A stretch of DNA of 64,000 nt from Acetivibrionales bacterium (GCA_050953835.1 JBMNNH010000008.1:41013-105012); one strand, 5' to 3'. Positions 46,626-59,606 are shown, counted from the first letter of the stretch. Numbers and translations are program-made. Notes: generated from the letters alone by a model not told the origin.

Positions 46626-46895
46626 ATGTGGAAATCTATCCTTACAGCATTTTTTCTAGTATTCCTGGCAGAACTTGGCGATAAAACACAATTGTCAACC
46701 ATGCTCCTTGCATCAAAATCTTCTTCAATCTGGTATATTTTTATTGGTTCATCACTGGCCCTTGTTCTGTCATCATTACTTGGTGTCCTTGCCGGTTCAA
46801 TAATAAACAGGTATGTTTCTCAAAATTGTATGCAAATTTTCTCCGGCCTAGCCTTTCTTATTATTGGTGTACTTCTTCTATTAGGCAAAATATAG
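46626..46895 (+). CDS. half-size UPF0016 (GDT1/TMEM165-like) membrane protein
   Basis: 89 aa with a single ELGDKTQ motif and three hydrophobic segments. Confidence 0.75.
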   Translation: MWKSILTAFFLVFLAELGDKTQLSTMLLASKSSSIWYIFIGSSLALVLSSLLGVLAGSIINRYVSQNCMQIFSGLAFLIIGVLLLLGKI

Positions 46896-46899
46896 ATTT

Positions 46900-48852
<1,953 letters not shown>

Positions 48853-49155
48853 CTAGACATTCTTATTTGTTTTATATTTTTTCTTATTATTATCAGCCAT
48901 TCTTTCAAACTGTCTTACCCTTTTCTGAAGTGTAACTGATGAAATAGGTGACAGATAAATTATACTCTTTTTATCTGTTTCAGTTATCACAAAACTTTTA
49001 GGCAGTTCATTATTAACACTTTTAACAAATCCTTCTTCTTCAGCAGTTTTCAAAAACTCCTTTGTGAACTTGGATACTGTAGTATTATCTATGTCAAAAA
49101 TTGCAATTATACTTTTTGTAGGAATTACCATATTACCGCCTATATGCAAAAACAC
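48853..49155 (-). CDS. remB: DUF370 protein (RemB/YaaB-like)
   Basis: MFLHIGGNMVIPTKSIIAIFD is a typical DUF370 start. It lies between recF and gyrB. Confidence 0.8.
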   Translation of the reverse strand: MFLHIGGNMVIPTKSIIAIFDIDNTTVSKFTKEFLKTAEEEGFVKSVNNELPKSFVITETDKKSIIYLSPISSVTLQKRVRQFERMADNNKKKYKTNKNV

Positions 49156-49254
49156 TGTTTTACCTCCCTGCCTTTTTGGCTGTCTTCACTATTATATTTT
49201 ACAGTATTAATTTTATCCTTGCAAATATATCAACAGTTTCATTTCTTTAATCCC

Positions 49255-50373
49255 TTATATTAATTTTTCGATTATTTCCCCATTATTTACATAATAGTAG
49301 CTATAATTACTTTTTAGTTTGCTTTCGAAAAAATTCTTATCTGTACATGTAATAAATGCCTGAATTTTCTGTAGATTATTAAACAAGTATTCCTGCCTTT
49401 TAGCATCCAGTTCAGATAATACATCATCAAGCAAAAGCACCGGGTACTCATCGGTTTCTTCCTTCATTATATCAATTTCCGAAAGCTTTACCGAAAGTAT
49501 GGCAGTCCTCTGCTGCCCCTGGGATCCATACAGCTTTATATTCTTCCCGTCTAAAAAAATTTCATAATCGTCCCTTTGAGGTCCGCACAATGTCATGCCT
49601 TTTTGAATTTCCCTGTTTTGCAAAAGTTCTATAGTATATATAAAAGCTTTTTCAATTTCTTCCCTGCTTTTTATTCCATTTATCTTTATTGTACTGTTGT
49701 ACTTAATATTTAATTCTTCAAGCCCGTTTGTCAGAATTAAGTGATTCTTGTGAGCATAACTGCTTAACCTTTCAATAAAATCATATCTCCTCTTTATTAT
49801 TCTTGACCCAACCTTAGCAAGGTTTTCGTTCCATATATCCAATGTATCTATTAAGTTCCTCTTTTCCTGCAATTCTTTCAGCAGGTTATTTCTTTGAAAT
49901 AGTACCCTGTAGTACTGTTGAAGGTCATAAAAATATGCCGGTTTTAACTGGCTGATGGTAATATCAAGGAATCTTCTTCTTTCAGACGGCCCCTCCTTTA
50001 TTATCATCAAATCCTCAGGCGAGAACATTACGGCATTAAGTCGCCCCATCAGATCTCCAATCTTCTTAGCAGGTATTTCATTAATCCTTATTCTTTTCTT
50101 TCTATTCTTCTCATATATAATCTCTATAACCGAGGAATCAGCATCCTTTTTTACATCAATTTTTACTAAATAATTATCTTCATTGAATTTAATCATTTCA
50201 ATATCTTTGGATGTTCGGTGGGATCTTCCGGAAGCACAAAGGTATATAGCTTCTAAAATATTTGTCTTTCCTTGTCCGTTGAACCCATAAATAATATTCA
50301 TATTCCTGGAAAATTCAACATCAAGAATACTGTAGTTTCTGAAATTTTTTAATTCTATACCCTGTATATACAC
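49255..50373 (-). CDS. recF: DNA replication and repair protein RecF
   Basis: NFRNY.., Walker A GFNGQGKTNILEA, signature GSQGQQRT, Walker B LLLDDVLSELD. Confidence 0.95.
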   Translation of the reverse strand: MYIQGIELKNFRNYSILDVEFSRNMNIIYGFNGQGKTNILEAIYLCASGRSHRTSKDIEMIKFNEDNYLVKIDVKKDADSSVIEIIYEKNRKKRIRINEIPAKKIGDLMGRLNAVMFSPEDLMIIKEGPSERRRFLDITISQLKPAYFYDLQQYYRVLFQRNNLLKELQEKRNLIDTLDIWNENLAKVGSRIIKRRYDFIERLSSYAHKNHLILTNGLEELNIKYNSTIKINGIKSREEIEKAFIYTIELLQNREIQKGMTLCGPQRDDYEIFLDGKNIKLYGSQGQQRTAILSVKLSEIDIMKEETDEYPVLLLDDVLSELDAKRQEYLFNNLQKIQAFITCTDKNFFESKLKSNYSYYYVNNGEIIEKLI

Positions 50374-50399
50374 TTTTTTAACCCCTATTCTTCAGAAGC

Positions 50400-50615
50400 T
50401 TACTGCACAATATCTATCAAAAACTCTCTTCCATGTACCTCAACAATATCTCCTTTTCTAAGCTTTTTACCCCTCTTCTTTTCTTCTGAGCCGTTAACAT
50501 TAACTTCCCCATTTGCGATTAAAAGTTTTGCTTCTGATCCCATATTACATATTCCGGTATATTTCAAAAACTGATCCAGTTTTATATATTCTGTTTTAAT
50601 GGTAATTTTCTCCAT
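50400..50615 (-). CDS. yaaA: S4-domain RNA-binding protein YaaA
   Basis: 71 aa: IKLDQFLK..GSEAKLLIANGEVNVNG..KLRKGD. It lies between dnaN and recF. Confidence 0.85.
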   Translation of the reverse strand: MEKITIKTEYIKLDQFLKYTGICNMGSEAKLLIANGEVNVNGSEEKKRGKKLRKGDIVEVHGREFLIDIVQ

Positions 50616-50712
50616 TTACTCATCCCTTTCCCCTTAATAAATATAAAGACGGAATTAACCGCCCTTATCTATTGTTTCCATCATTTTCAACATTATTTAT
50701 TGTTTAAACTGC

Positions 50713-51810
50713 CTATCTTCTTACAGGCAGTACCATATAACTGAAATAATCATCTTCGACAGGTTTTACAGTGCATGGACCAACATTGTTTGTAAAAAAT
50801 ATTTCTACAAATTCATCTTCAATCACCCTTAAACAATCAATAAAGTATCTTGGATTAAACGCAATATCCAGATCCTTTCCATCCATTTCCACCCTTATCT
50901 CTTCTTTTGCAGCGCCAACATCAGTATTTGATGTAATTATTATGTTGTCATCGCATATATTAAACCTTACAGGATATCTTCTTTCCTCATTAGTTATTAT
51001 TAATGATGCTCTTTCAATGCTGGAAAGAATATCCTTAACCCTTACTTTTACCTTTGTTTCGTATTCTTTCGGAATAATATTTCCATAATTCAGGTATTCA
51101 CCTTCAAGAAGCCTTGAGACAATCTTGCAGTTTCCCAAATCAAACAGTATTTGATTAGCTGCATTATATATTGCAACTTCCTCATCAGAAGGCTGGAGAA
51201 TTTTTGATATTTCATTAAGTGTCTTACCAGGCACAACAACTTTTATGTCAGAGGTCTCATTACTTACATTATTTTTCCTCAAAGCCATTCTATAACCGTC
51301 AATGGATACAAAAGTTAGCTGGCCGCTGCTGCACTCTATTAGTGAGCCTGTAAGGATAGGTCTGTTCTCATCTACGCTTACTGCGAAAATTGTCTGCTTG
51401 ATCATTTCTTTAATCAGCTTTTGACTTATCTTTAAAGCATTTTCCTTTTCAATTACTGGAAGAGACGGGAATCCGTCCGCCTTTAGCCCTTTTATTTCAA
51501 AATGGGAATTTTCACAGTCTATTAAAACCATTTCATTCTCTTTAAGTTCCATCAATACTTCGGAATCTGGCAGTCTTCTTACTATTTCGCCGAATATTTT
51601 AGAATTTAAAACTATTGAACCCTGATTTATAATATCTGCTTCTATGAAGCATTCTATTCCTATTTCAAGGTCATTCCCTGTTAGTTTAAACTTTTCGCCT
51701 GCTTCCAGCAGAATTCCCTCAAGTATGGGAAGGGTTGATTTTGGCGATACTGCTTTTTGTGCTATGTTTATTCCATTTATTAGGTTTTCTTTAGAACATA
51801 TAACCTTCAT
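50713..51810 (-). CDS. dnaN: DNA polymerase III beta sliding clamp
   Basis: 365 aa with a three-domain clamp pattern (..TLPILEGILLE.., ..LTFVSIDGYRMA.., ..MVLPVR C-terminus). Confidence 0.95.
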   Translation of the reverse strand: MKVICSKENLINGINIAQKAVSPKSTLPILEGILLEAGEKFKLTGNDLEIGIECFIEADIINQGSIVLNSKIFGEIVRRLPDSEVLMELKENEMVLIDCENSHFEIKGLKADGFPSLPVIEKENALKISQKLIKEMIKQTIFAVSVDENRPILTGSLIECSSGQLTFVSIDGYRMALRKNNVSNETSDIKVVVPGKTLNEISKILQPSDEEVAIYNAANQILFDLGNCKIVSRLLEGEYLNYGNIIPKEYETKVKVRVKDILSSIERASLIITNEERRYPVRFNICDDNIIITSNTDVGAAKEEIRVEMDGKDLDIAFNPRYFIDCLRVIEDEFVEIFFTNNVGPCTVKPVEDDYFSYMVLPVRR

Positions 51811-52047
51811 ATGCTGGAAATCTCCTTTCTTATTTAATAAGTATTAACAAATTAGTAATAATAATAGTAAGTGTTGTTAATAATGTTTAAAAGTACTTCT
51901 TGTCCAACAAAATTCTAGGTTAGAACTTGTTGTCAAAGCTGTTGATAATTTATATTTGTATTAACATATCTAGCATAAATCAAACTTCAAATAAGTTATC
52001 CACAGAATTTTTTCATTTCTTTAACACTTTCTGTGAATAAATAATAA
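51811..52047. other. oriC, dnaA-dnaN part: DnaA boxes plus DnaA-trio-like run and AT-rich tract
   Basis: A perfect box TTATCCACA at 51996-52004. TGTTGATAA at 51940-51948 (the reverse complement TTATCAACA has 1 mismatch). A degenerate TGTTGTTAA at 51872-51880. TAG TAA TAA TAA TAG TAA at 51853-51870. Confidence 0.75.
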
Positions 52048-53382
52048 CTAATTGCCGGAAATATTCCTTCTTAGCTCCTCTACAGCTCTTCGGGTTTCTG
52101 AATTGAGCTTTATGCCCTCATTTATTTTATCACAGGCATGTAAAACCGTTGTGTGATCCCTTCCGCCGAAAGCATCTCCTATCTTCGGAAGGGACATGTC
52201 TGTCAGTTCCCTGCACAGGTACATTGCAATTTGCCTTGGATATGCGATTTCTCTATTTCTCTTTTTTGATTTAAACTCTTCAGGCTTTAAATCAAAGTAC
52301 CTTGAAACTGCATCTATAATCGACTGGGTATTTATTATCCTTGCCTTGTTTGCAGATAGGATATCTTTTAAAGCCTCAGTAGCAAGTTCAACTGTAATAT
52401 CGTTCTCTGTCAGAGAGGAATAAGCTATTACTCTGTTTAATGCACCTTCAAGCTCCCTTATATTTGATGCAATTTTGTCTGCAATGAATACTATCACTTC
52501 ATCATCTACAAAAATCTTTTCTATTTGAGCTTTTTTCCTTAATATTGCTATTCTGGTTTCAAGGTCAGGCGGCTGAATATCAGCTATCAATCCCCACTCA
52601 AACCTTGAGCGAAGTCTGTCCTCCAATGTGGTTATTTCCTTTGGGGGTTTGTCGCTGGATATGATAATTTGTTTATTTGCTTCGTATAAAGCGTTAAAAG
52701 TATGGAAAAACTCCTCCTGTGTCCGTTCCTTACCGCCAATGAACTGAATGTCGTCAATTAAAAGAATATCAATATTCCTGTACTTGTTCCGGAACTGCTC
52801 ATTTCTATCGTCCTTAATAGCATTAATAAGCTCATTTGTGAATTTTTCAGAAGAAACATATAATACCCTGAGATTTGAATTATCCAAAATATAATGACCT
52901 ATTGCGTGCATTAGGTGGGTTTTTCCAAGCCCCACTCCTCCATACAAAAACAAAGGATTATAAGCCTTTGCAGGTGATTCTGCTACTGCAACCGATGCAG
53001 CATGCGCAAGCCTGTTGCTATTGCCAATTACAAATGTATCAAATGTGTATTTTGGATTAAGTATGGATATAAAATCATCGTCAACCTGCTGGTTTTCCTG
53101 TTTATTTTTAGGATATTTGTTTATGCTTTCCTGCGAAGGTACTAAAAAATTAACATCATATTCTTTTGATGTAGCCTGTTTCAAAGCATTCTTAATTAGT
53201 GTTGAGTACCTTGATTCCAGTATTCCCTTGTTAAACTCCGCTGGTACACCAAGGTCAATGGAACCGGAATTCAAAGATACAGGTTCAATAGTTTTAATCC
53301 ATGTATTGAAACTGATTTCAGTTAATTCATTTTTTAGTAAATTGAGTGTATTATTCCATATACTGTTAAGCTGTGAACCCAT
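52048..53382 (-). CDS. dnaA: chromosomal replication initiator DnaA
   Basis: Walker [22 protein letters not shown], and a domain IV HTH (..[36 protein letters not shown]). ATG at 53382 has GGAGG 7 nt upstream. Confidence 0.97.
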   Translation of the reverse strand: MGSQLNSIWNNTLNLLKNELTEISFNTWIKTIEPVSLNSGSIDLGVPAEFNKGILESRYSTLIKNALKQATSKEYDVNFLVPSQESINKYPKNKQENQQVDDDFISILNPKYTFDTFVIGNSNRLAHAASVAVAESPAKAYNPLFLYGGVGLGKTHLMHAIGHYILDNSNLRVLYVSSEKFTNELINAIKDDRNEQFRNKYRNIDILLIDDIQFIGGKERTQEEFFHTFNALYEANKQIIISSDKPPKEITTLEDRLRSRFEWGLIADIQPPDLETRIAILRKKAQIEKIFVDDEVIVFIADKIASNIRELEGALNRVIAYSSLTENDITVELATEALKDILSANKARIINTQSIIDAVSRYFDLKPEEFKSKKRNREIAYPRQIAMYLCRELTDMSLPKIGDAFGGRDHTTVLHACDKINEGIKLNSETRRAVEELRRNISGN

Positions 53383-53412
53383 GACATACCTCCACAAAAA
53401 TAATTTTGTCAC

Positions 53413-53700
53413 TTATATAGAATTGTTGACATATAATTGAATAAATTAAACTTTTATAATATTAAATGATATAAATATTCCCCTGTTTACATTAGTATTA
53501 TTTAAAGTTAACAGCTTGTACCAATACTGTTGAAAAGTATAAAAAAATTACAGCTTATCAACAAGCATTAATAATATATCAGACTTTAAATCAATATTCA
53601 ATATAAAAATAGCAAAGATATCCACAATTAATAGATAAAAAACACCACTTATCCACAGAATGTTAACATTATCAAAGAAATCGGAATTACAATTTTCCTT
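53413..53700. other. oriC, dnaA-rpmH part: DnaA-box cluster
   Basis: TTATCAACA at 53555-53563, ATATCCACA at 53618-53626, and a perfect TTATCCACA at 53649-53657. Confidence 0.75.
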
Positions 53701-53728
53701 GACACGTTTCAGAGTTATAATATATAAT
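53699..53728 (+). promoter_or_regulatory. candidate rpmH promoter (TTGACA - 18 nt - TATAAT)
   Basis: ccTTGACAcgtttcagagttataataTATAATttg. Confidence 0.55.
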
Positions 53729-53856
53729 TTGTTTGTGTCTCTAATGAATTATTTATTCTTAAAAAGATGACTAAATTTTTTAAAATGGGAAAAATTATTA
53801 AATGACAATATACTGGCTCATGTAGAGTTGTTAAGTGGAAGATTGGGGGTGCAACA

Positions 53857-53991
53857 GTGTTAAGGACATATCAGCCTAAGAAGAGGCAAAGAAAAAAAGA
53901 GCACGGTTTTAGAAAAAGAATGAGTACTGCAAACGGAAGAAAAGTTTTACAAAGACGCAGGCGTAAAGGAAGAAAAGTGCTTTCAGCGTAA
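53857..53991 (+). CDS. rpmH: 50S ribosomal protein L34
   Basis: Below the ORF-track cutoff. GTG start with GGGGGTG upstream. It reads (M)[43 protein letters not shown]. Confidence 0.9.
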   Translation: MLRTYQPKKRQRKKEHGFRKRMSTANGRKVLQRRRRKGRKVLSA

Positions 53992-54015
53992 GACCGCATG
54001 AGTGTGGTCTTTTTC
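53991..54015 (+). terminator. hairpin + T-run after rpmH
   Basis: AGACCGCAtgagTGTGGTCTtttt (one G-U pair). Confidence 0.55.
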
Positions 54016-54043
54016 TTTAATAAAGCGTTGAAAAGAGGGTAGT

Positions 54044-54409
54044 ATGAAAAAAACTGTTCCTTTAAAAAAAAATTATGAGTTTTTAAGAGTATATAAAAAT
54101 GGACAGTTCTTTGTTGGAAGGTTTATTGTTTTGTATGTACTTAAAAATAAAATGGAAAAAAACAGATTGGGTATAACCACAAGCAGGAAGGTTGGAAAAA
54201 GCGTTATAAGGAACAGGCTGAGAAGATTAATTAGGGAAAATTATAGGGCATATGAAGAGTTTATATACGAAGGATACGATATTGTTTTTGTTGCAAGAAG
54301 TACAGAAACTATGCCCACATTTATGGATATCAATAAGGAAATGAAATATTTACTAAAAAAACTAAATATATTTGATCAGGAGCGTTGGAGTTGTTTGCAA
54401 AACTCTTAG
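54044..54409 (+). CDS. rnpA: ribonuclease P protein component
   Basis: 121 aa, basic. ..[25 protein letters not shown].. is the RnpA signature. Confidence 0.9.
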   Translation: MKKTVPLKKNYEFLRVYKNGQFFVGRFIVLYVLKNKMEKNRLGITTSRKVGKSVIRNRLRRLIRENYRAYEEFIYEGYDIVFVARSTETMPTFMDINKEMKYLLKKLNIFDQERWSCLQNS

Positions 54410-54603
54410 TATTCTTCATAACAATATACCAAAAATATTTATCTCCTTTAAAGAAGCCTTGCTGCAGGTTTTATCCTACATGTTCGCATTATGCCGTAGA
54501 TGCTATAAAAAAGTATGGCGCAATAAAGGGGAGCGGCATGGCAATTAGAAGAATACTTAAATGCCACCCTTTTCATCCGGGAGGATATGATCCTGTCAAA
54601 TAA
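54385..54603 (+). CDS. yidD: membrane protein insertion efficiency factor YidD
   Basis: [48 protein letters not shown]. The start is uncertain (TTG at 54385 or 54391). Confidence 0.85.
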   Translation: MELFAKLLVFFITIYQKYLSPLKKPCCRFYPTCSHYAVDAIKKYGAIKGSGMAIRRILKCHPFHPGGYDPVK

Positions 54604-54620
54604 GAAAAGGAGTAAATAAG

Positions 54621-55502
54621 ATGTTGGATTTTATAGCTTACCCATTGGGGCAGATATTGTACTTTATATACAACAATTTATCATTTTTCAATTATGGACT
54701 TGCGATAATTCTATTTACGCTGTTTACCAGGCTGGTTCTTTTGCCCCTGACTATAAAGCAGTATAAGTCCACTGCTAAAATGCAATTGATACAGCCTCAG
54801 ATACAGGAAATACAGAAGAGGTATAAAAACGACAAGGAAAAGCTTAACCAGGAATTGATGAAGGTTTATCAGGAAAACAACATAAACCCTGCAGGTGGAT
54901 GCCTTCCTTTGCTAATACAAATGCCCATACTTATTTCCCTGTATTGGGTAATTACGCAGCCGCTTAAGTTTATGCTTAACAAAACACCAGATCAGATAGA
55001 TGCGCTTATTGCCAAAATTCCGGAAGCTTTTGCAGCAGGTTACTCAAAACAGATAGGTGTCCTTGACTTTTTCGGGCAGTTCCCTGAAAAACTTGCAGGG
55101 CTGGAAAACCTTTTGTTAAGGGATGAATTGATAAACCTTAGTTTTCTTGGATTAAACCTTGGTAAAATACCAACTTACAAACCCGATATTCTTTTTGGGC
55201 CTGAGATGGGGACTTATCTTCCTCTGCTTATCTTTCCTATCGTAGGAGTAATTACGACATTTATTTCTGCAAAAATTTCAATGCTTAAAAGTAATAAGAA
55301 TGATAAAAAAACAAAGGATTCGGGTATGGCAGGCTCAATGTCCAACTCCATGCTTTATATGGGCCCTGTACTGACGTTGATTTTTTCGTTTCAACTACCT
55401 GCAGGGGTTATATTGTATTGGATAGCAGGTTATGTGTTTCAGATTTTCCAACAGCTGTATATAAACAAGCACGTCATTGAAAAGAAGGAGGTTGCATCAT
55501 AA
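54621..55502 (+). CDS. yidC: membrane insertase YidC/SpoIIIJ
   Basis: GLAIILFTLFTRLVLLPLTIKQ, NPAGGCLPLLIQMPI, PAGVILYW. Confidence 0.9.
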   Translation: MLDFIAYPLGQILYFIYNNLSFFNYGLAIILFTLFTRLVLLPLTIKQYKSTAKMQLIQPQIQEIQKRYKNDKEKLNQELMKVYQENNINPAGGCLPLLIQMPILISLYWVITQPLKFMLNKTPDQIDALIAKIPEAFAAGYSKQIGVLDFFGQFPEKLAGLENLLLRDELINLSFLGLNLGKIPTYKPDILFGPEMGTYLPLLIFPIVGVITTFISAKISMLKSNKNDKKTKDSGMAGSMSNSMLYMGPVLTLIFSFQLPAGVILYWIAGYVFQIFQQLYINKHVIEKKEVAS

Positions 55503-55505
55503 TAA

Positions 55506-56126
55506 ATGGGTAATATGGTGGAAAAAACCGGTAAGAACGTACGGGAAGCGATAGATAGTGCATTGGCAGAACTAAATGCTGATGAAAGCAGTGTAGAAAT
55601 AGAAGTATTGGATGAAGGAAGCAAAGGACTGCTTGGTTTGCTTGGCAATAAAGTGGCAAGGGTGAGGGTTACTCTGAAAGAAGCCGGTAAAGAATTGGCA
55701 CAGGGTTTCCTTAAAGATGTTTTTGAAAAGATGGGAATAGACGCTGATTTGGATTTAAAAGAAGATGATGATTCACTGTTGATAAATATTAGCGGCAAGG
55801 ATAGCGGCATAATAATCGGCCGCAGAGGTGAAACCCTTGATGCGCTGCAGTACCTGACAAGCCTGGTAGTAAACAGGGAAAATGAAAACTACAAAAGGGT
55901 TACCATAGATATAGAAAACTACAGGCAAAAGAGAGAGGAAACCCTTGTAAAACTAGCAAACAGACTGGCGAACAAGGTGCTTAAATACAGGAAAAGCATA
56001 ACGCTTGAGCCTATGAACCCATATGAGAGGAAGATAATCCATTCAACACTGCAGGACCATAGAGACATTGAAACATATAGTGTTGGAGATGAACCTAACA
56101 GGAAAGTTGTTATAAAGCTTAAGTAA
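55506..56126 (+). CDS. jag: Jag/SpoIIIJ-associated RNA-binding protein (KH + R3H)
   Basis: N-terminal Jag domain, KH (IIGRRGETLDALQYL), and R3H (EPMNPYERKIIHSTL). Confidence 0.9.
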   Translation: MGNMVEKTGKNVREAIDSALAELNADESSVEIEVLDEGSKGLLGLLGNKVARVRVTLKEAGKELAQGFLKDVFEKMGIDADLDLKEDDDSLLINISGKDSGIIIGRRGETLDALQYLTSLVVNRENENYKRVTIDIENYRQKREETLVKLANRLANKVLKYRKSITLEPMNPYERKIIHSTLQDHRDIETYSVGDEPNRKVVIKLK

Positions 56127-56165
56127 GTATAAGAAATTAAATATAACTATATAGGAAGAAAAGGG

Positions 56166-56196
56166 TGGTTCAGGGGTGTATTCCTGAACCATTTTT
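56166..56196 (+). terminator. terminator/attenuator hairpin between jag and mnmE
   Basis: TGGTTCAGGggtgtattCCTGAACCAttttt. Confidence 0.7.
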
Positions 56197-56221
56197 AAAG
56201 GGAAAGTGAGTATGCATTAGT

Positions 56222-57610
56222 ATGTATGATAATGATACCATAGCTGCCATATCAACTCCGTATGGAACAGGCGGGATAGGAATAATAAGAATAAGCGGAG
56301 AGAATGCATTCGAAATAGTAAAAAAAATATTTAGCGGGAAAACGCCTTTTGAAAAAATCAGGTCCCATTCAATAAGGTACGGGAAAATAATAGAGCCGGA
56401 AAGCGGAGAAACAATAGACGAAGTCTTGATATCAAAAATGCAAAAACCCAATACCTTTACAAGGGAAGATGTGGTAGAAATAAACTGTCATGGGGGCACA
56501 CTGGTTTTAAAACGCATACTTGAACTGGTTGTGAAGCAGGGCGCAAGATTGGCTGAGCCTGGCGAATTTACAAAAAGGGCGTTCCTAAATGGAAGAATTG
56601 ACCTCTCACAGGCTGAGGCGGTTATTGATCTGATAAACTCAAAAACAGGGGAAAGTTCCAGGGCAGCAGTAGATCAGCTGGAAGGAAAGCTTTCAAAAAG
56701 GATAAAGGAAGCCAGGCAAAAGTTGATTGAGTTAATTGCTCACATTGAAGTAACTGTGGATTACCCTGAACATGATATTGAAGAAATAACAGGAGAAAAT
56801 GTGTATAAGGAGCTTGTGGGTATAAAAAGAATGCTCGGCAGAATAGTGGAAGGGTTCGACAAAGGGAGGATAATTAGGGAAGGGATAAACGCAGTAATTA
56901 TAGGCAGACCCAATGTTGGCAAATCATCCCTCCTGAATGAGCTTTCCGGCAAAACCAGAGCCATTGTAACAGATATACCAGGCACAACCAGGGATATTAT
57001 TGAGGAGTATATAAACATAAACGGCATACCTGTCAGGATTACTGATACGGCGGGAATCAGGGAAACAGAGGACATTGTTGAAAAAATCGGGGTTGAATCT
57101 GCAAGGAAGGCGATAGAGAAAGCAGACCTAATAATAATGATGATGGATGCCAAGGACGGAATAAGAAATGAAGATATCAGCCTTCTTAACATGATAAAGC
57201 ACAAAAAGCATATTATTGTCTTTAATAAAATGGATCTCATAGATGACGGTGCTGGAGCGGATCCTATTGAAGGCCTTCCGGATGAGGAAAAGGAAAACGT
57301 TGTTAAAACTTCTTTGAAGGAAGATTTCGGAATAGACCACCTGCAGGAGGAAATAACAAGGCTCTTCATGAAAGGCGGGATAAACCCCAACAGCGAATAC
57401 CTTGTAACCAATATAAGGCACAAGGATGCCATAGATAAAGCATTGGACAGTATAAATGAAGCGCTTAAAGCATTTGAAAGCAAAATGCCTCTGGATTTAG
57501 TGACCATAGATATCAAGAATGCTGCAGAATTTTTAGGGCAGATTACAGGTGAATCGGTGAGCGAAGATGTTATGCACGAGATTTTCAGCAGGTTCTGCCT
57601 GGGCAAGTAA
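56222..57610 (+). CDS. mnmE: tRNA modification GTPase MnmE
   Basis: DTIAAISTP, G1 GRPNVGKSS, DTAGIRE, NKMD, and C-terminal FCLGK. Confidence 0.95.
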   Translation: MYDNDTIAAISTPYGTGGIGIIRISGENAFEIVKKIFSGKTPFEKIRSHSIRYGKIIEPESGETIDEVLISKMQKPNTFTREDVVEINCHGGTLVLKRILELVVKQGARLAEPGEFTKRAFLNGRIDLSQAEAVIDLINSKTGESSRAAVDQLEGKLSKRIKEARQKLIELIAHIEVTVDYPEHDIEEITGENVYKELVGIKRMLGRIVEGFDKGRIIREGINAVIIGRPNVGKSSLLNELSGKTRAIVTDIPGTTRDIIEEYININGIPVRITDTAGIRETEDIVEKIGVESARKAIEKADLIIMMMDAKDGIRNEDISLLNMIKHKKHIIVFNKMDLIDDGAGADPIEGLPDEEKENVVKTSLKEDFGIDHLQEEITRLFMKGGINPNSEYLVTNIRHKDAIDKALDSINEALKAFESKMPLDLVTIDIKNAAEFLGQITGESVSEDVMHEIFSRFCLGK

Positions 57611-57649
57611 AAAGTGGTATGTCCCATACCTTAGAATCAGGGAGGAAAT

Positions 57650-59527
57650 ATGGAATACTTTGCAGGAGAATATGATATAGTTGTGGTTGGTGCGGGCCAT
57701 GCAGGCTGTGAAGCAGCACTGGCTGCATCAAGACTTGGACTGAAAACAATAATCTTTTCCATAAATCTGGACAGTATAGCAAACATGCCATGCAATCCAA
57801 ATATAGGAGGAACTGCCAAAGGGCATCTTGTAAGGGAGATAGATGCCCTTGGGGGCGAAATGGCCAAAAATACTGATAAAACTTTTATACAATCTAAAAT
57901 ACTAAATTCTGCTAAGGGTCCGGCTGTTTTTTCGCTGCGTGCACAGGTAGACAGAAGAAGGTATCAGATGGAAATGAAAAATACCCTGGAGAACCAGGAA
58001 AATCTTGAAATCAAACAGGCGGAAGTAATAGAAATTATTAGTGAAGACAAAAAAAAGGTAACCGGTATAAAAACGCACACGGGTGCAATATACAAATGTA
58101 AAGCAGTAATTCTTACCACTGGCACCTTCCTTAAAGCAAGAATAATAATAGGGGATGTAAGCTATAGTGGCGGACCGGACGGCCTTTTCCCGGCCAACAA
58201 GCTTTCAGACAGTTTAAAAGAACTGGGAATAGAGCTTCTCAGATTTAAAACAGGGACACCTGCAAGAATTAACAGGAGAAGCATTGATTTTTCAAAAATG
58301 GAGGAACAGCCCGGAGATGAAAGGATAGTACCTTTTTCATTTGAGACTGAAGAAATGCAGAAAGAACAGGTTTCATGCTGGCTAACCTATACCAATGAAA
58401 AGACCCATAAAATCATAAATGATAACCTTCACAGATCCCCACTATTTGGAGGAATGATTGAAGGGATAGGAGCAAGGTACTGCCCTTCAATAGAGGACAA
58501 GGTGGTAAGGTTTAAAGACAAGCAAAGCCATCAGGTGTTTGTAGAACCTATGGGCCTGGGGACACAGGAAATGTATTTGCAGGGGATGTCAAGCAGCCTC
58601 CCTGAAGATGTACAGACAGAGATGATAAAAACGCTGCCGGGACTGGAGAATGTGTCTATAATGCGAAGCGGATATGCTATTGAATACGACTGTATTAACC
58701 CTAACCAGCTAAACCTGGCACTAGAATTTAAGCAAATAGAAGGATTGTACGGGGCAGGACAGATAAATGGCAGTTCAGGTTATGAGGAAGCTGCAGCGCA
58801 GGGATTAATAGCCGGAATAAACGCAGCAATGAAAATCAAGGGGAAAAAGCCCTTGATTCTGGATAGGTCACAGGCTTATATCGGAGTATTGATAGATGAT
58901 CTGGTTACAAAAGGAACCAATGAACCTTACAGGATGATGACATCAAGGGCTGAGTACAGGCTGCTGTTAAGACAGGACAATGCGGACTTGAGGCTTACGC
59001 CCATAGGCTATGAAATAGGACTGATAAGTGAAGAAAGGTATAAAAGATTCATCGACAAGAAAAACAAAATTGAAGAAGAGATAAAGAGACTTGAAAAAAC
59101 AACTATAGCACCTACAGAAAAAGTTAATGCTTTTCTTCAAAGCAGAGGCAGCTCTCCTATAACAACAGGCATAAAGCTTGCTGAGCTATTGCGAAGGCCA
59201 GAAATTACCTATGAAAACCTGAAGGAAGTGGATGAGAGCCGCCCGGTACTACCCTATGCGGTACAGGAACAGGTTTCTGTTTCAATTAAATATGAAGGCT
59301 ATATAAAAAGACAGATGCTGCAGGTGGAACAGTTTAAAAAGCTCGAAAAAAGAAAGCTTCCGGAAGGCCTTGACTATAACGAAATAAAAGGGATGAGACT
59401 GGAAGCAAGGCAAAAACTCAACAAAATTAAGCCGGATTCCATAGGACAGGCATCCAGAATATCCGGTGTGTCACCTTCTGATATAAATGTGTTGGTTATA
59501 TATTTGGAACAAATGCGCAGAAGATGA
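57650..59527 (+). CDS. mnmG: tRNA uridine-5-carboxymethylaminomethyl modification enzyme MnmG
   Basis: FAD fold [27 protein letters not shown]-like [26 protein letters not shown]. Confidence 0.95.
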   Translation: MEYFAGEYDIVVVGAGHAGCEAALAASRLGLKTIIFSINLDSIANMPCNPNIGGTAKGHLVREIDALGGEMAKNTDKTFIQSKILNSAKGPAVFSLRAQVDRRRYQMEMKNTLENQENLEIKQAEVIEIISEDKKKVTGIKTHTGAIYKCKAVILTTGTFLKARIIIGDVSYSGGPDGLFPANKLSDSLKELGIELLRFKTGTPARINRRSIDFSKMEEQPGDERIVPFSFETEEMQKEQVSCWLTYTNEKTHKIINDNLHRSPLFGGMIEGIGARYCPSIEDKVVRFKDKQSHQVFVEPMGLGTQEMYLQGMSSSLPEDVQTEMIKTLPGLENVSIMRSGYAIEYDCINPNQLNLALEFKQIEGLYGAGQINGSSGYEEAAAQGLIAGINAAMKIKGKKPLILDRSQAYIGVLIDDLVTKGTNEPYRMMTSRAEYRLLLRQDNADLRLTPIGYEIGLISEERYKRFIDKKNKIEEEIKRLEKTTIAPTEKVNAFLQSRGSSPITTGIKLAELLRRPEITYENLKEVDESRPVLPYAVQEQVSVSIKYEGYIKRQMLQVEQFKKLEKRKLPEGLDYNEIKGMRLEARQKLNKIKPDSIGQASRISGVSPSDINVLVIYLEQMRRR

Positions 59528-59606
59528 AAAGTACAAAAAGCGGGCACATTCCTTAACACAAGTTGAAATACAAGGCTGTGTCCCCATACCTTAAAAGGAG
59601 AACTAT

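Noticed and set aside
56761-57627. 288-aa minus-strand ORF
   Set aside because: Entirely antisense to mnmE, with Ser/Ile/Leu-rich composition, no RBS and no family resemblance.
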